Shown here one piece after another: positions 17,685 to 27,928 of a stretch of DNA of 64,000 bases (its first letter is position 1; each line of letters opens with the position of its first letter). Made by a program: the position numbers and the translations under genes. The DNA is taken from contig CBEWDL010000001.1 of the NCBI GenBank assembly GCA_965555375.1, positions 6,180-70,179 of the forward strand. Reading direction: 5' to 3'. Below the pieces are notes generated by a model, which searched no databases, was not told the origin of the DNA, and worked only from the letters and a program-made list of their open reading frames with translations. Source of the stretch: an uncultured bacterium (GTDB taxonomy: Bacteria > Zixibacteria > MSB-5A5 > UBA10806).

Positions 17685-20005
17685 TGAGATATGTCTTTGC
17701 CATAGCGGCCGTCTTGTCTTTGGCCGCATCGGTCCGGGCGCAGCCTGATGCCGTGTTGAGGTCCGATGATTCCGGCAGCGGGATATGGCAAAGGACTATA
17801 TTGTCTGTCGATGTCGAGGGGATTCACAGCGCCGATACATTTCTGGTGCTAAATTCGTCCGCCCTGGTGCCCGGCGATATTATCACCCCCGGTCTGGTGC
17901 AGGATGCCATAAAAGGAGTATACGGGCTGGGGTTATTTTCCGAGGTAGAGATCGATGCCGAGCCTGCGGAAGCCGGCGTGAAACTAACGATAAAAGTCAG
18001 AGAATATCCCAAACTCCGCGATCTTGAGTTCTCCGGTAACAGGAAGATCAAAACCAAAAAATTTAAAGAAAGAATCACCCTTTTCGAGGGACGACTCGTC
18101 TCTCCCAAAGAGACAAAGAACAATATTGAACGAATTAAATCCATGTATGCCGAAAAGGGGTATCTTCTGGTCAATATTCAAACCGAGCAAAGTGACGTGG
18201 AAGACCAGGAAGCACTTGTCGATCTGGAATTCACGATAAGCGAAGGAGAAAAGGTTAGAGTCGGCAGGATAACTTTTTCGGGCAACCAGATATTTACCGA
18301 TAAGAAGCTCCGGGGAAAAATGTCCACCAAGCAAAGGGGATTTCTGAGGTCCGGCAGTTTTGATAAGGAAAAGTATCTGGAGGATAAAGATAAGATTGTC
18401 GAATTCTATAAAAAGGAAGGGTATATCGATGCTATCATTCTGGCTGATTCAATATTGTATTCCGATGATAAGACCCGGATGTTTATCGATATCGAGCTGA
18501 GAGAAGGCGAAAGATATTATTTCGGAAATCTTACCTGGGAAGGCAATACGCTATTTACAGATGGAGATTTCCGCAAAAAGGTGAAATTCAAAGAGGGGCA
18601 GGTTTATAATCAGGAGAAATATGACGAGACTCTGTTTAAATTCCATGAAATGTATCAGGACCAGGGTTACTGGTATGCACAATTTGACGAGGAAAACAAT
18701 ACTCGCGGAGACACTCTTGATTTCCACTGGAGTATTACCGAGAACAATCCGGTCCATATCCGGCTGATAAATATTGTCGGGAATACGAAAACTCATGAGA
18801 AGGTCATCAGGCGCGAGCTTCTGATCAAGCCTAAAACCATATTCAAAAGATCCGTATTGGGGCGATCTCTACGCGAGGTCATGATTCTAAACTTTTTCGC
18901 TGATGTCACGCCGGACTGGGATATCCTCCCCAATGGCGATATAGATTTGAAAATCAAGGTTGAGGAGAAACCTACCGGTCAATTTTCGGTGGGCGCCGGC
19001 TATTCCGCGGTTGATAAGGTGGTTGGCACTATCGGACTTGGCGTTCCCAACCTTTTCGGAACCGGTCAGACCGCCACATTGAATCTGGATCTCGGCAAGA
19101 ACAGAAGCACGTTCAATATCAGCTATCTGGAGCCATGGCTGCTGGATACTCCTACATCCTTATCCGGCGATTTTTATCTGCAGGAACGCCGCTGGTATGA
19201 TTGGTTTACCGAGCGCAGATTTGGCGGCAGCGTCAGAGTCGGAAGAAGACTCCGCTGGCCGGATAATTATTTCCGCATCTTCACCGGATATCGTCTTGAA
19301 CTGGTTGAATATATCGATATCTCCAGCTCTTATAAAGACAAGAATCAGGATAATCCGTACGCCGTCGACAAACAGGATTGGCCTCTGACCACCTCTTCGG
19401 CAAGCCTAACTATACTAAGGGATTCCCGTGACCTTGCGCAGTTCCCCACCAGTGGGTCGGTGGTTTCGTGGAGAGGCGAGCTTGCCGGAACAATTCTGGG
19501 AGGGGATTGGAATTATTTCAAGCAGACCTATGCGGCGGAATACTACAGGACTTTATTCTGGAAAGTGGTGGCGATGGTCAGGGCCAAATACGGCGAAATA
19601 GACGGAATATACCATAGGGAGAATGACATTCCCTATAGCGAAAGGTTTGCGCCGGGCGGAGTTGACCCGGATGGGACCATCAGGGGATACGATGACGGTC
19701 GTGTTGGGCCTTATGACGAGAACGGAGCATTCTTACGCGGCAGGTTTGAGTTGATTTACAATTTTGAATTGACGGTAGCGCTTGCCGAGCAGCAATTTTA
19801 CATTTTGCTTTTCGCCGACGCCGGCAATGCTTATCGGACGCTGGAAGATATTCGGCTCTTCAAGAGATATTTCAGGTCGGTCGGCCCGGGGTTCAGGATC
19901 GTTATTCCCTATGTTGGCATAATGGGATTTGATTTCGGGTATGCTTTCGACGGTTTGCAGAAAGGTCAATGGAGCACCCACTTCCAGATAGGCAGGGGAT
20001 TTTGA
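17681..20005 (+). CDS. bamA: Outer membrane protein assembly factor BamA (Omp85)
   Basis: 774 aa. Signal peptide. Repeated POTRA-like segments, then a C-terminal beta-barrel ending ...QIGRGF. Confidence 0.9.
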   Translation: MMRYVFAIAAVLSLAASVRAQPDAVLRSDDSGSGIWQRTILSVDVEGIHSADTFLVLNSSALVPGDIITPGLVQDAIKGVYGLGLFSEVEIDAEPAEAGVKLTIKVREYPKLRDLEFSGNRKIKTKKFKERITLFEGRLVSPKETKNNIERIKSMYAEKGYLLVNIQTEQSDVEDQEALVDLEFTISEGEKVRVGRITFSGNQIFTDKKLRGKMSTKQRGFLRSGSFDKEKYLEDKDKIVEFYKKEGYIDAIILADSILYSDDKTRMFIDIELREGERYYFGNLTWEGNTLFTDGDFRKKVKFKEGQVYNQEKYDETLFKFHEMYQDQGYWYAQFDEENNTRGDTLDFHWSITENNPVHIRLINIVGNTKTHEKVIRRELLIKPKTIFKRSVLGRSLREVMILNFFADVTPDWDILPNGDIDLKIKVEEKPTGQFSVGAGYSAVDKVVGTIGLGVPNLFGTGQTATLNLDLGKNRSTFNISYLEPWLLDTPTSLSGDFYLQERRWYDWFTERRFGGSVRVGRRLRWPDNYFRIFTGYRLELVEYIDISSSYKDKNQDNPYAVDKQDWPLTTSSASLTILRDSRDLAQFPTSGSVVSWRGELAGTILGGDWNYFKQTYAAEYYRTLFWKVVAMVRAKYGEIDGIYHRENDIPYSERFAPGGVDPDGTIRGYDDGRVGPYDENGAFLRGRFELIYNFELTVALAEQQFYILLFADAGNAYRTLEDIRLFKRYFRSVGPGFRIVIPYVGIMGFDFGYAFDGLQKGQWSTHFQIGRGF

Positions 20006-20051
20006 TGATTAAGCATTTGGGAAATTCATGTATAATCTTAGGAGAACAATT

Positions 20052-20570
20052 ATGAAATGGCTTGTCTTCGCTACAGGGATTTTGGCTTTCGGCGCCCTGC
20101 AAGCGAACGCTCAGGGGGGCAGGATCGGCTATGTCAATTCGCAGCGCATTTTCGCCGAGTCTCCTGAATTTCAGGATGCCCAAGCCAGGTTCGATAAAGA
20201 GGTTGAGGACTGGAATAATCGTGCCGCCGCCTTAAACGATGTGACAGACAGCCTTAAGCTGGAGAAAGAGAGAAATTCCCTGATCTGGTCAGCATCGAAA
20301 CGCAAAGAGGTGGAGGACCTTCTAACGGCCAAACAGGATTCCCTGCAGCAGTATCTGGACGAGACTTTCGGGCCTAACGGCAAAGCCGAGAGGAGAATGG
20401 CGGAGCTTTCCAGGCCGATCGAGGAGAGAATTATCGGAATAATCAGAAGGATCGCCATCGAGAAAGATTTCGATATTGTGCTGGATGTCGCCGCAGTCAG
20501 CATTGCATTTGCCAAGGAAAGCCTGGATTTGACCGACGATGTGCTGGCCGAGATCGCCAAAGAGAGATAG
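20052..20570 (+). CDS. skp: Periplasmic chaperone Skp (OmpH)
   Basis: Signal peptide. Coiled-coil-rich, about 170 aa. Positioned between bamA and lpxD. Confidence 0.75.
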   Translation: MKWLVFATGILAFGALQANAQGGRIGYVNSQRIFAESPEFQDAQARFDKEVEDWNNRAAALNDVTDSLKLEKERNSLIWSASKRKEVEDLLTAKQDSLQQYLDETFGPNGKAERRMAELSRPIEERIIGIIRRIAIEKDFDIVLDVAAVSIAFAKESLDLTDDVLAEIAKER

Positions 20571-21590
20571 ATGTCGTTCAGATTGGGCCAGATAGCCTCT
20601 GAGATAAAAGCAGAGCTTAAGGGCGATCCCGATCTGCAGATAGAGGGCCTGGCGACCATAGAAGCCGCAGAACCGGACGATTTGTCATATATCGCCTCCC
20701 GAAAATTCGAGAAGCTTATTGAAAAAACCCGGGCCTCGGCCCTGATCGTTTATCCCGGACTGCAGAGCGCAAAACATTCCCTTTTGATAGTGAAAAATCC
20801 GTATCTGGGGTTCGCCATGGCGATGCGCATGTTTTATAAGGCGTTTTCCGCTGTGGCCCCCGGTATTGAAAAAACGGCGGTTATTTCGGGTGATGTTAGG
20901 ATATCCGAAGATTGCTATATCGGGCATAATGCGGTGATTTCGAAAGGAGTTAGTATCGGCAATGGGGTTGAAATCCATGCCGGCGCTTTTATTGGTGAAG
21001 GTGCCGCCGTTGGAGACAACTGCCGAATATTTCAAAATGTCACCATTCGCGAACGGGTGATTATCGGCGCTAATGTTGTAGTTTACCCCAACGTTGTGAT
21101 CGGCTCCGATGGGTTCGGCTATTGTTGGGATGGATCGAGCCATATAAAGATTCCACAGGCTGGCACGGTTGTCATCGAGGATGACGTCGAAATCGGGGCT
21201 GGCACGACGATTGACAGGGCAACGCTCGGCGAAACCGTAATAGGCAAGGGGACCATTATAGATAACCTGGTTCAGATCGCTCACAACTGCAAGATCGGGC
21301 CCTATTCGGTTATCTGCGCTCAGGTCGGATTGGCGGGGTCCACTGAACTGGGCAGGAAGGTAACGCTCGCCGGGCAGGTTGGCCTCGCCGGTCACCTCAA
21401 AATAGGCGATGCAGCAATCATCGAGGCTCAGTCGGGAGTCCCGGCCGATGTTCCAGCGGGAGCAGTTCAATTCGGAACGCCCTCCAGAGACGTTTATCTG
21501 GCTCATAAGATAGAGGCGATCCTGAACCGTTTGCCGGATTATGTCAAGCGGATCAAGAAACTGGAATCGTATTTCGATAAAGATAAATGA
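20571..21590 (+). CDS. lpxD: UDP-3-O-(3-hydroxyacyl)glucosamine N-acyltransferase
   Basis: 339 aa. Left-handed beta-helix hexapeptide repeats (IGxxVxIG...). Canonical bamA-skp-lpxD synteny. Confidence 0.85.
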   Translation: MSFRLGQIASEIKAELKGDPDLQIEGLATIEAAEPDDLSYIASRKFEKLIEKTRASALIVYPGLQSAKHSLLIVKNPYLGFAMAMRMFYKAFSAVAPGIEKTAVISGDVRISEDCYIGHNAVISKGVSIGNGVEIHAGAFIGEGAAVGDNCRIFQNVTIRERVIIGANVVVYPNVVIGSDGFGYCWDGSSHIKIPQAGTVVIEDDVEIGAGTTIDRATLGETVIGKGTIIDNLVQIAHNCKIGPYSVICAQVGLAGSTELGRKVTLAGQVGLAGHLKIGDAAIIEAQSGVPADVPAGAVQFGTPSRDVYLAHKIEAILNRLPDYVKRIKKLESYFDKDK

Positions 21591-21669
21591 TTTTCCCGGG
21601 CCGGGAACCCTGTGATTACAGGTCTCGTTTCATATCCCGAACCGATTGATTTATTTGAAAGGAGAGAAG

Positions 21670-21999
21670 ATGTCGAAGATAATTGAATTGAATGAATCGA
21701 ATTTCGAACAGGAAGTTAAGAATTCTGACGTTCCCGTCATGATCGATTTCTGGGCCGCCTGGTGCGGACCGTGCCGCATGATTGCACCTTTCGTTAAGGA
21801 GGCCTCTGATGTTTACGATGGCAAGCTGAAGGTCGCCAAGCTGGACGTGGATAATAATCAGAAAATAGCATCCGAATATGCTATCATGTCGATTCCTGCC
21901 GTGATGTTTTTCAAAGGCGGCGAGGTTGTCGACCAGGTGGTGGGTGCAGTACCCAAGAAAATGTTATTCGATAAAATAGATAAAGTGCTGGCCTCTTGA
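21670..21999 (+). CDS. trxA: Thioredoxin
   Basis: WAAWCGPCRMIAP active site. 109 aa from the RBS-preceded ATG. Confidence 0.9.
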   Translation: MSKIIELNESNFEQEVKNSDVPVMIDFWAAWCGPCRMIAPFVKEASDVYDGKLKVAKLDVDNNQKIASEYAIMSIPAVMFFKGGEVVDQVVGAVPKKMLFDKIDKVLAS

Positions 22000-22223
22000 T
22001 GGGTGCTTATCAGAGTACCGAGACGACCAAAAAGATTCTTCACGATTACCATGCCGTAGCAGTAATGGCGGAAAAGTCAGAAGAAATAACCGATAAAAGC
22101 GATAGTATTGAGATTCTCACTACCGGTAATATATGTCCCAATTGCCGCTTCTCCAGGTTGACCAGGGAAGGATCACAGGTATTCTGTCCTATCTGCGGCT
22201 ATGGCATGAGGAAATGCTCGTGA
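21996..22223 (+). CDS. Small zinc-ribbon protein
   Basis: 75 aa. CPNCRFSRL...CPICGY four-Cys ribbon. ATGATG overlap with the trxA stop. Confidence 0.4.
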   Translation: MMGAYQSTETTKKILHDYHAVAVMAEKSEEITDKSDSIEILTTGNICPNCRFSRLTREGSQVFCPICGYGMRKCS

Positions 22224-22347
22224 TAGCCTCTAATCGATCCGGTCGGATCTTTTATTTCTCATTACCTGCTCTTATTCTAAACGCTTGATCGCAACTTACC
22301 GATAATATATATTGCCTGTAGATTGACCGTTTTTCGGGCGGCCGAAA

Positions 22348-22824
22348 ATGAAGATTAGAGAACCTTACAAAAAAATACCGAAGGTCGTGGAGGCAACGCT
22401 TCAATGGAACGGCCGCCTGGGATTTGCCTGCCGTTCGGGTTCAGGCCACAATAATATTATCTCCGACGCCTCCGAAATTCATGGCGGCGATAATGACGGC
22501 CCTCGCCCGATGGAGTTTTTGCTTTTTTCGCTTTCGAGTTGTACCGGCATGGATGTAGCTACTTTCCTGAAGAAACGCAAAAGGGATCTTCAGGATTTGA
22601 AAATCTCCGCTCATGGTCGCAGATCACCGTCGCATCCCCACGTGTTTGAAAACATAACGCTGGAATATACGCTGACAGGATCTGATCTAACCGACGACGA
22701 TATTCGCTGGGCCATAGATTTGTCGCTTCAAAAATACTGTTCGGTAGCCGGTATGCTTGGAAAGGTTTGCAAGATCAATTGTCGTTGGAAAATTATTAAG
22801 AAGCGACGCGGGGAGCAAAGTTGA
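22348..22824 (+). CDS. OsmC/Ohr family protein
   Basis: 158 aa. Two conserved Cys at the expected OsmC positions (...LSSCTG... and ...KYCSVAG...). Confidence 0.6.
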   Translation: MKIREPYKKIPKVVEATLQWNGRLGFACRSGSGHNNIISDASEIHGGDNDGPRPMEFLLFSLSSCTGMDVATFLKKRKRDLQDLKISAHGRRSPSHPHVFENITLEYTLTGSDLTDDDIRWAIDLSLQKYCSVAGMLGKVCKINCRWKIIKKRRGEQS

Positions 22825-23654
22825 ATTATCACAGGCCTTTTTCGCATGGCCTCGGGCGGCAGAGTGGCGTTTTTCCCCCCGTGATCAAATGGCTTTTGAT
22901 CATCAATGTTGCCGCGTTTCTGGGTCCTAGAGTCTTATATTTCAACCTCGATGTTTTGTATAGGACTTTCGGTCTGGTTCCGGCCTATGTTTTCGGTAAG
23001 TTCTATGTGTGGCAGCCAGTTACCTATATGTTCCTGCACGGAGGGACCTGGCATATTCTAATGAATATGTTCATTCTCTGGATGTTCGGCTCCGAACTTG
23101 AGAGAACATGGGGATCGAAGGAATTTTTGAAATTCTATTTTGCCGCAGGCATTGGCGCCGGCATAATCAATTTTGTTTTTGGCGTGTTCAATCCTGCTAC
23201 TAATCTTACCCCGATAATCGGGGCATCCGGGGCGATCTACGGGATCCTTGTAGCCTACGCCATGCTGTTTCCGGAGAGATATGTATATATTTATTTCCTG
23301 ATACCGGTAAAGGTAAAATATCTTGTGATCTTCTTGGTGGCCATAGAGTTTCTGTCCACTTATAGAGCTGACGGGATTGCGCATTTCGCTCATCTCGGCG
23401 GGGCCCTGGTGGGGTTTTTATACCTGAAATTCGATTGGAGATGGAAGCTCAAGAAATGGTCTCCGGGCGAGGTTATCAGGCGTGTGAAAATCGCACAGTC
23501 GGCTAAGAAGCTTCAGGAGGAGATGAGAATGATGGAGGAAGTTGATGCCATCCTCGATAAGATAAATCAGGTCGGTTACGAAAACCTTACCAGGCGAGAG
23601 AAGAAGATATTGGAAAAGGCCTCGGATAAATTATCGGAGCATGGCCATAAGTAA
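22821..23654 (+). CDS. Rhomboid family intramembrane serine protease
   Basis: GASGAIYGIL (catalytic Ser) and downstream AHLGG (catalytic His). 6 TM segments plus a soluble C-terminal tail. Confidence 0.8.
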   Translation: MNYHRPFSHGLGRQSGVFPPVIKWLLIINVAAFLGPRVLYFNLDVLYRTFGLVPAYVFGKFYVWQPVTYMFLHGGTWHILMNMFILWMFGSELERTWGSKEFLKFYFAAGIGAGIINFVFGVFNPATNLTPIIGASGAIYGILVAYAMLFPERYVYIYFLIPVKVKYLVIFLVAIEFLSTYRADGIAHFAHLGGALVGFLYLKFDWRWKLKKWSPGEVIRRVKIAQSAKKLQEEMRMMEEVDAILDKINQVGYENLTRREKKILEKASDKLSEHGHK

Positions 23655-23742
23655 AGCTTAAGTAGGCTTATAATAACGCCGATTATTATTCTGAGTCAAG
23701 AATCTAAGGCCAGACAGGTTGAGCCCGACAGGAGATAAGATG

Positions 23743-24789
23743 AAAAAAGTCATAGTGGCCGATGCGTCTCCTACGATAAAAAGCGTTGCAGATTCCCTTT
23801 TGCGTCAGCATGGATACGATGTAGTCTGCACCTCCGACGGTCTTCAGGCATGGGAGGTTGTCCAGGCTGAGCGTCCGGATTTGGTGTTAGCAGGGCTCAA
23901 TCTATCGGGAATATCAGGCCTTGAGTTGTGCCGCCAGATGTCAGGAGATCGGTTAGCCGGCGGAATCCCGGTCGTGCTCATGATCGGTGCGAAGGACGAT
24001 TTTACTGAAGAACAATCGATTTCATCCGGCGCACGCGGCCGTCTGAAGAAACCATTTTCTCCCCGGGATCTACTGGAGATAATAACGAAACTTATCGGGA
24101 CGGGCGATGGGCAGCCGTCCGGGCAGCCTGACGCTCGGGAAGGGACTCCTCGGACTTCATATAAGGCCGATGTTATTTCAACGCCCCGTCATCTTGATGA
24201 AGAACCGGAGCAGGTCTACAACCTCGATTGGACCGACCTTAAAGATATGAACGGCGAAAAGTCTGATACGCCTGTGAAAGTGACCAGCTTCGATGCTTCC
24301 GAACAGGATCAGGATCTTATGATAGAAAAAGACCAGTTCAATCTCATCCACGAGCAGGCCGAGGATGAGATTACAGAAGTCCCATCAAAGCTTGAAGAGG
24401 ATGAGGATTATAACTGGTTCATCGGGGAGATGAAAAGGGAAATAGAAGGCCCGGAACCCAAAGATAAATCAAAAGCATCGGGCGCGCCGAAAAAAGTATC
24501 GTCGATCCACATAAAACCGTCCTCCCCCGATGTCTTAAAATATGATGATCTGAGACCATCCGGATCGGATCAAGAGGTCCGACACGCCGGTAAGCCTGCT
24601 GTTGGCCAGGAATTTAAGCCAGAGAATGCTATAAAAGCAGAGCAACCCCGCGCCAGATTCTCCGGCGCTGAAATCGATGAGATTGCCGAGAGAGTTGCCT
24701 CGAAGCTGGCTGCACATATCGCCGCACAAATAGATAAAAAGACGATATTCGAGGCCATCAAATCGGTGTTGGAGTCTCCGGATTCTTAG
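23743..24789 (+). CDS. CheY-like response regulator receiver domain protein with ~230 aa acidic low-complexity C-terminal extension
   Basis: Receiver motifs VIVADAS..., D at the expected phosphoacceptor position (LVLAGLNL) and ...GA(K)D. The tail is rich in E, D, K, P. ORF track starts at 23719; the RBS-preceded ATG is at 23743. Confidence 0.7.
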   Translation, partial: KKVIVADASPTIKSVADSLLRQHGYDVVCTSDGLQAWEVVQAERPDLVLAGLNLSGISGLELCRQMSGDRLAGGIPVVLMIGAKDDFTEEQSISSGARGRLKKPFSPRDLLEIITKLIGTGDGQPSGQPDAREGTPRTSYKADVISTPRHLDEEPEQVYNLDWTDLKDMNGEKSDTPVKVTSFDASEQDQDLMIEKDQFNLIHEQAEDEITEVPSKLEEDEDYNWFIGEMKREIEGPEPKDKSKASGAPKKVSSIHIKPSSPDVLKYDDLRPSGSDQEVRHAGKPAVGQEFKPENAIKAEQPRARFSGAEIDEIAERVASKLAAHIAAQIDKKTIFEAIKSVLESPDS

Positions 24790-25271
24790 GACCCTGGTGC
24801 GGACTTCGATTTGCAAAGTCCATTGAGTTTCAAAGCCTATCATCTATCTATGGGACAGCGCGGCTGTTTTTTATCGGGGCAATTTCAATGAATAGGCAAC
24901 CCCCGGAACAGTTTTTTGGTTTATACGTGAAAATAATCGGTGGTAAGTGGCATTTGAGGCCACCGAGGAATTAATTCGGCGGGACGGAATTTAAGGAGAG
25001 ATTATTTGCGGACAAGAGTAGAGTCTCATAAACGTGGAGTGGACAGTCGAAAAAGAGAAAGACCGGGAATCGTAAATCAGACTAAGACAGCGCCAGCAGG
25101 AGCGGCCGGTTCTCCAGAGCTTTCGCCAAAATTAACAAAAAGACTCATCGGGATCTGTAATGATTCAAGTTCAGGATATCGGATTCAGAGTATCGCGAAT
25201 AATAAGCCTGCGGTTGGGCACGGTGCCAATATTGAAAGGCCGATTATCATAATGAAAGGGGTTGTCGCCTG

Positions 25272-27212
25272 ATGTTTCATTGGACGAAATCGGTTCTATC
25301 GAGCGGCTTGCTGAGGGGTATGCTTGCCGGGATTATCCTGCTGTTGCCTTTCGGAGGCGTTCATCCCGGTCTGAGGGCGGAGGGGGAATCAAAGCCGGAT
25401 GTGGTTGTGGCTGAAGAACCTGTGACGGTTGGGGCGTTCGTTTCACGTCTTGACGTCTCCCCTGGAGAGACGTTCCAGTTGCTTTTGAGACTGACAATAG
25501 ATGATGACTGGCATGTCAACTCGAATGCACCATTGGAGGATTACCTGATACCGACTGCGGTCAGCCTGGACGACGATTCCAATTTCATGGTGGAGGAGAT
25601 TTCATATCCAGCCGGGAAGGGGATGACCTTTGCCTTCAGCCCCGATGAGCCGCTTTCGGTATATGGTGATATCGTCTGGATTAAAATGCTACTCGCCTCG
25701 GCTGAGGATGCGCAGATCGGGACTATTCCCCTTCAGGTATCGGTTACAACGCAGCCCTGTAATGACAGGATGTGTCTGGCACCAGCGACACAAACTTTGT
25801 CTCTTATGATGAAGATCGAGCCTGCAGCGGCGGGCGGCGAGATTCGCCACGCCTCGCTTTTCGAGGCGCAAGGGTTTGGCGATCTGGCTGCGTTGTCAGA
25901 GATAGCGACCAAAGAGCTTAGCGGCCCGGGCGGTTTGGCGGACACTGAAGCAAATGGGTTCTGGACGATGTTGAAAGATTTCGATGCCACCGCTTTCGTG
26001 AGCCGCTACGGATATATACTGGCCTTTATCGCCATGTATATTCTCGGATTGGGTTTGACACTGACGCCCTGTGTTTATCCGATTATTCCCATCACTATAG
26101 GATTTTTTGGCGCTCAATCCGGAGGGCGATGGACGAGGCAATTGCTGGCCGCCAGCGTCTTCGGTGTGGGCATAGCTATTAGCTATGCCACGGTGGGAAC
26201 CGTAGCAGCATTCTCAGGGTCGCTGATGGGCGCCGCTTTGCAGAGCACATGGGTTTTGTTAGCTCTGGCCACGCTCTGCATGATTATGGGGTTGAATGCT
26301 TTCGGCGCCTTCGAGCTTCGCCTCCCAGGATGGTTTATGAATCTGGCCGGAGGGAGCTCTCGCAAAGGGATCGTCGGCGCAGCAGTAATGGGTCTTACAA
26401 TGGGAATTGCCTCAGCGCCATGCCTGGCGGCTTTCATCATAAGCCTTCTGGCCTTTGTGGGTCAAAAGGGCGATCCGATTTTAGGATTTTCCATGTTCCT
26501 CATGCTGGGTCTTGGTCTGGCCACGCCGTTTGTGGCTCTGGGAACCTTCTCCGGTATGGTCCACAAGATCCCCAGATCCGGGGGCTGGTTGGTTTATGCC
26601 AAGAAGGTGATGGGTTCTTTGCTCTTTGCCGCGACGCTGTATTTCCTGCATACTATCATTCCCGGTTCGATTTTTAATTCGATTGTTCTGGTCAGCCTGG
26701 TTGCTGCGGCCCTTTATTTCGGCTTTTTCGAAAAGACTCCTGTTAAAACCATCATGTTCCGTACGATCCGGCTTGCTCTGGGAGCGATATTGCTCGGCGT
26801 CTCCCTGTGGTGGGGGATGCCGGCCGGGGAAATAACGCAGGGTTCACGAATTAGTTGGCAACCATACTCCGAAGCCGCCTTAGACCAGGCAAAAGGATCA
26901 GGTCGTCCGGTGGTCATTGACTTCTTTGCCGACTGGTGTATACCGTGTAAGAAGCTGGACAGGTTCTCATTTTCCGACCGGCAGGTGATAGAGCTCAGCA
27001 AGGACTTTGTAATGCTTAAGGCCGACATGACACGGGGAAGTTCGCCGGAGGTGAAATCGCTTTTGAAGCAATATAGCATCAGAGGCGCACCCACTATCGT
27101 ATTCATCGGGCCGGATGGCCGCGAGCAGGAAGATCTTCGTATGGTCCAGTTCGAGCCCGCCAACGAGGTTTTGTCGAGGCTTAAAAAGCTCTCCTCGCTA
27201 CAAAAAGGGTAA
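25272..27212 (+). CDS. dsbD: Thiol:disulfide interchange protein DsbD (N-terminal DsbD-alpha domain, transmembrane CcdA core, C-terminal thioredoxin)
   Basis: 646 aa. TM core with conserved Cys pair (LTPCVYPIIP). C-terminal WCIPCK thioredoxin motif. Confidence 0.8.
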   Translation: MFHWTKSVLSSGLLRGMLAGIILLLPFGGVHPGLRAEGESKPDVVVAEEPVTVGAFVSRLDVSPGETFQLLLRLTIDDDWHVNSNAPLEDYLIPTAVSLDDDSNFMVEEISYPAGKGMTFAFSPDEPLSVYGDIVWIKMLLASAEDAQIGTIPLQVSVTTQPCNDRMCLAPATQTLSLMMKIEPAAAGGEIRHASLFEAQGFGDLAALSEIATKELSGPGGLADTEANGFWTMLKDFDATAFVSRYGYILAFIAMYILGLGLTLTPCVYPIIPITIGFFGAQSGGRWTRQLLAASVFGVGIAISYATVGTVAAFSGSLMGAALQSTWVLLALATLCMIMGLNAFGAFELRLPGWFMNLAGGSSRKGIVGAAVMGLTMGIASAPCLAAFIISLLAFVGQKGDPILGFSMFLMLGLGLATPFVALGTFSGMVHKIPRSGGWLVYAKKVMGSLLFAATLYFLHTIIPGSIFNSIVLVSLVAAALYFGFFEKTPVKTIMFRTIRLALGAILLGVSLWWGMPAGEITQGSRISWQPYSEAALDQAKGSGRPVVIDFFADWCIPCKKLDRFSFSDRQVIELSKDFVMLKADMTRGSSPEVKSLLKQYSIRGAPTIVFIGPDGREQEDLRMVQFEPANEVLSRLKKLSSLQKG

Positions 27213-27589
27213 TAATCTGCGTGGGCCGGAAAGCGGATTCAGGCACAACATGATACTGCGACGCTATCATGGAAATGAGAAGCCGAAATCATATCATGGA
27301 CGAAATACATCCATCAATACATTAAATTCTAACGGTTCTCCAGCATTTTGTTTCACCTTCTGTTAAGAAAAGGTGGCGGATAAGCAAAATCCCACATACG
27401 GTTTGATAAATCAGCGCCTGGCATTTCATATAACGCAAAGACCTTGAGCGTGTGAATCCTAACGCCTTGATCGTGAAATGCTGAATAACAATAAACTGAG
27501 CCTTAATTTCTAACCGAAAATCCCTGTTTTCTTTAAAGCCAATAAGGAATTATCCCGAACATCACCGCCGAGGAACCATTCGGAAATAG

Positions 27590-27928
27590 TTGTGGTTTCA
27601 AAAGGAGGCGCTTCGGAAAGCATATGAGGTTAGAATGGCGATGTGGGCCGTCGGCGACTCCAAGATTCAGAGGCTCGAGAAGGGAGCCGTTATTCACCCG
27701 GGTATTCTTTTTGGCACGGCATTGATGATGACCAATAGTCAGACGGAATCCGAGGATCTTATGCAGGAGACTTACCTGCGGTCCTATGGATTCTGCGACC
27801 GTTTCCAGCAAGATACCAACTGCAAATCCTGGCTCTTTAAAGCCCGGCGGAAGCTTCGAAATGAACTCTGGGACTGGGCGATGGCCAACGGCTATGCCCT
27901 GGAGGGAGATGCAAATGAATCAGCGTGA
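27590..27928 (+). CDS. ECF sigma-70 region-2-only fragment (possible pseudogene or naturally truncated sigma). A plausible ATG start is at 27635
   Basis: [16 protein letters not shown]...[10 protein letters not shown] matches sigma70_r2. No region 4 HTH is encoded in any frame before the downstream anti-sigma gene. Confidence 0.45.
   Translation: MWFQKEALRKAYEVRMAMWAVGDSKIQRLEKGAVIHPGILFGTALMMTNSQTESEDLMQETYLRSYGFCDRFQQDTNCKSWLFKARRKLRNELWDWAMANGYALEGDANESA

Noticed and set aside
20685-21506. 273-aa minus-strand ORF
   Set aside because: Antisense to lpxD, whose hexapeptide repeats are unambiguous. Its periodic repeat structure creates long open antisense frames.
25006-25272. 88-aa ORF upstream of dsbD
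   Set aside because: No RBS. Odd composition. Ends exactly at the dsbD start. Probably a non-coding leader.
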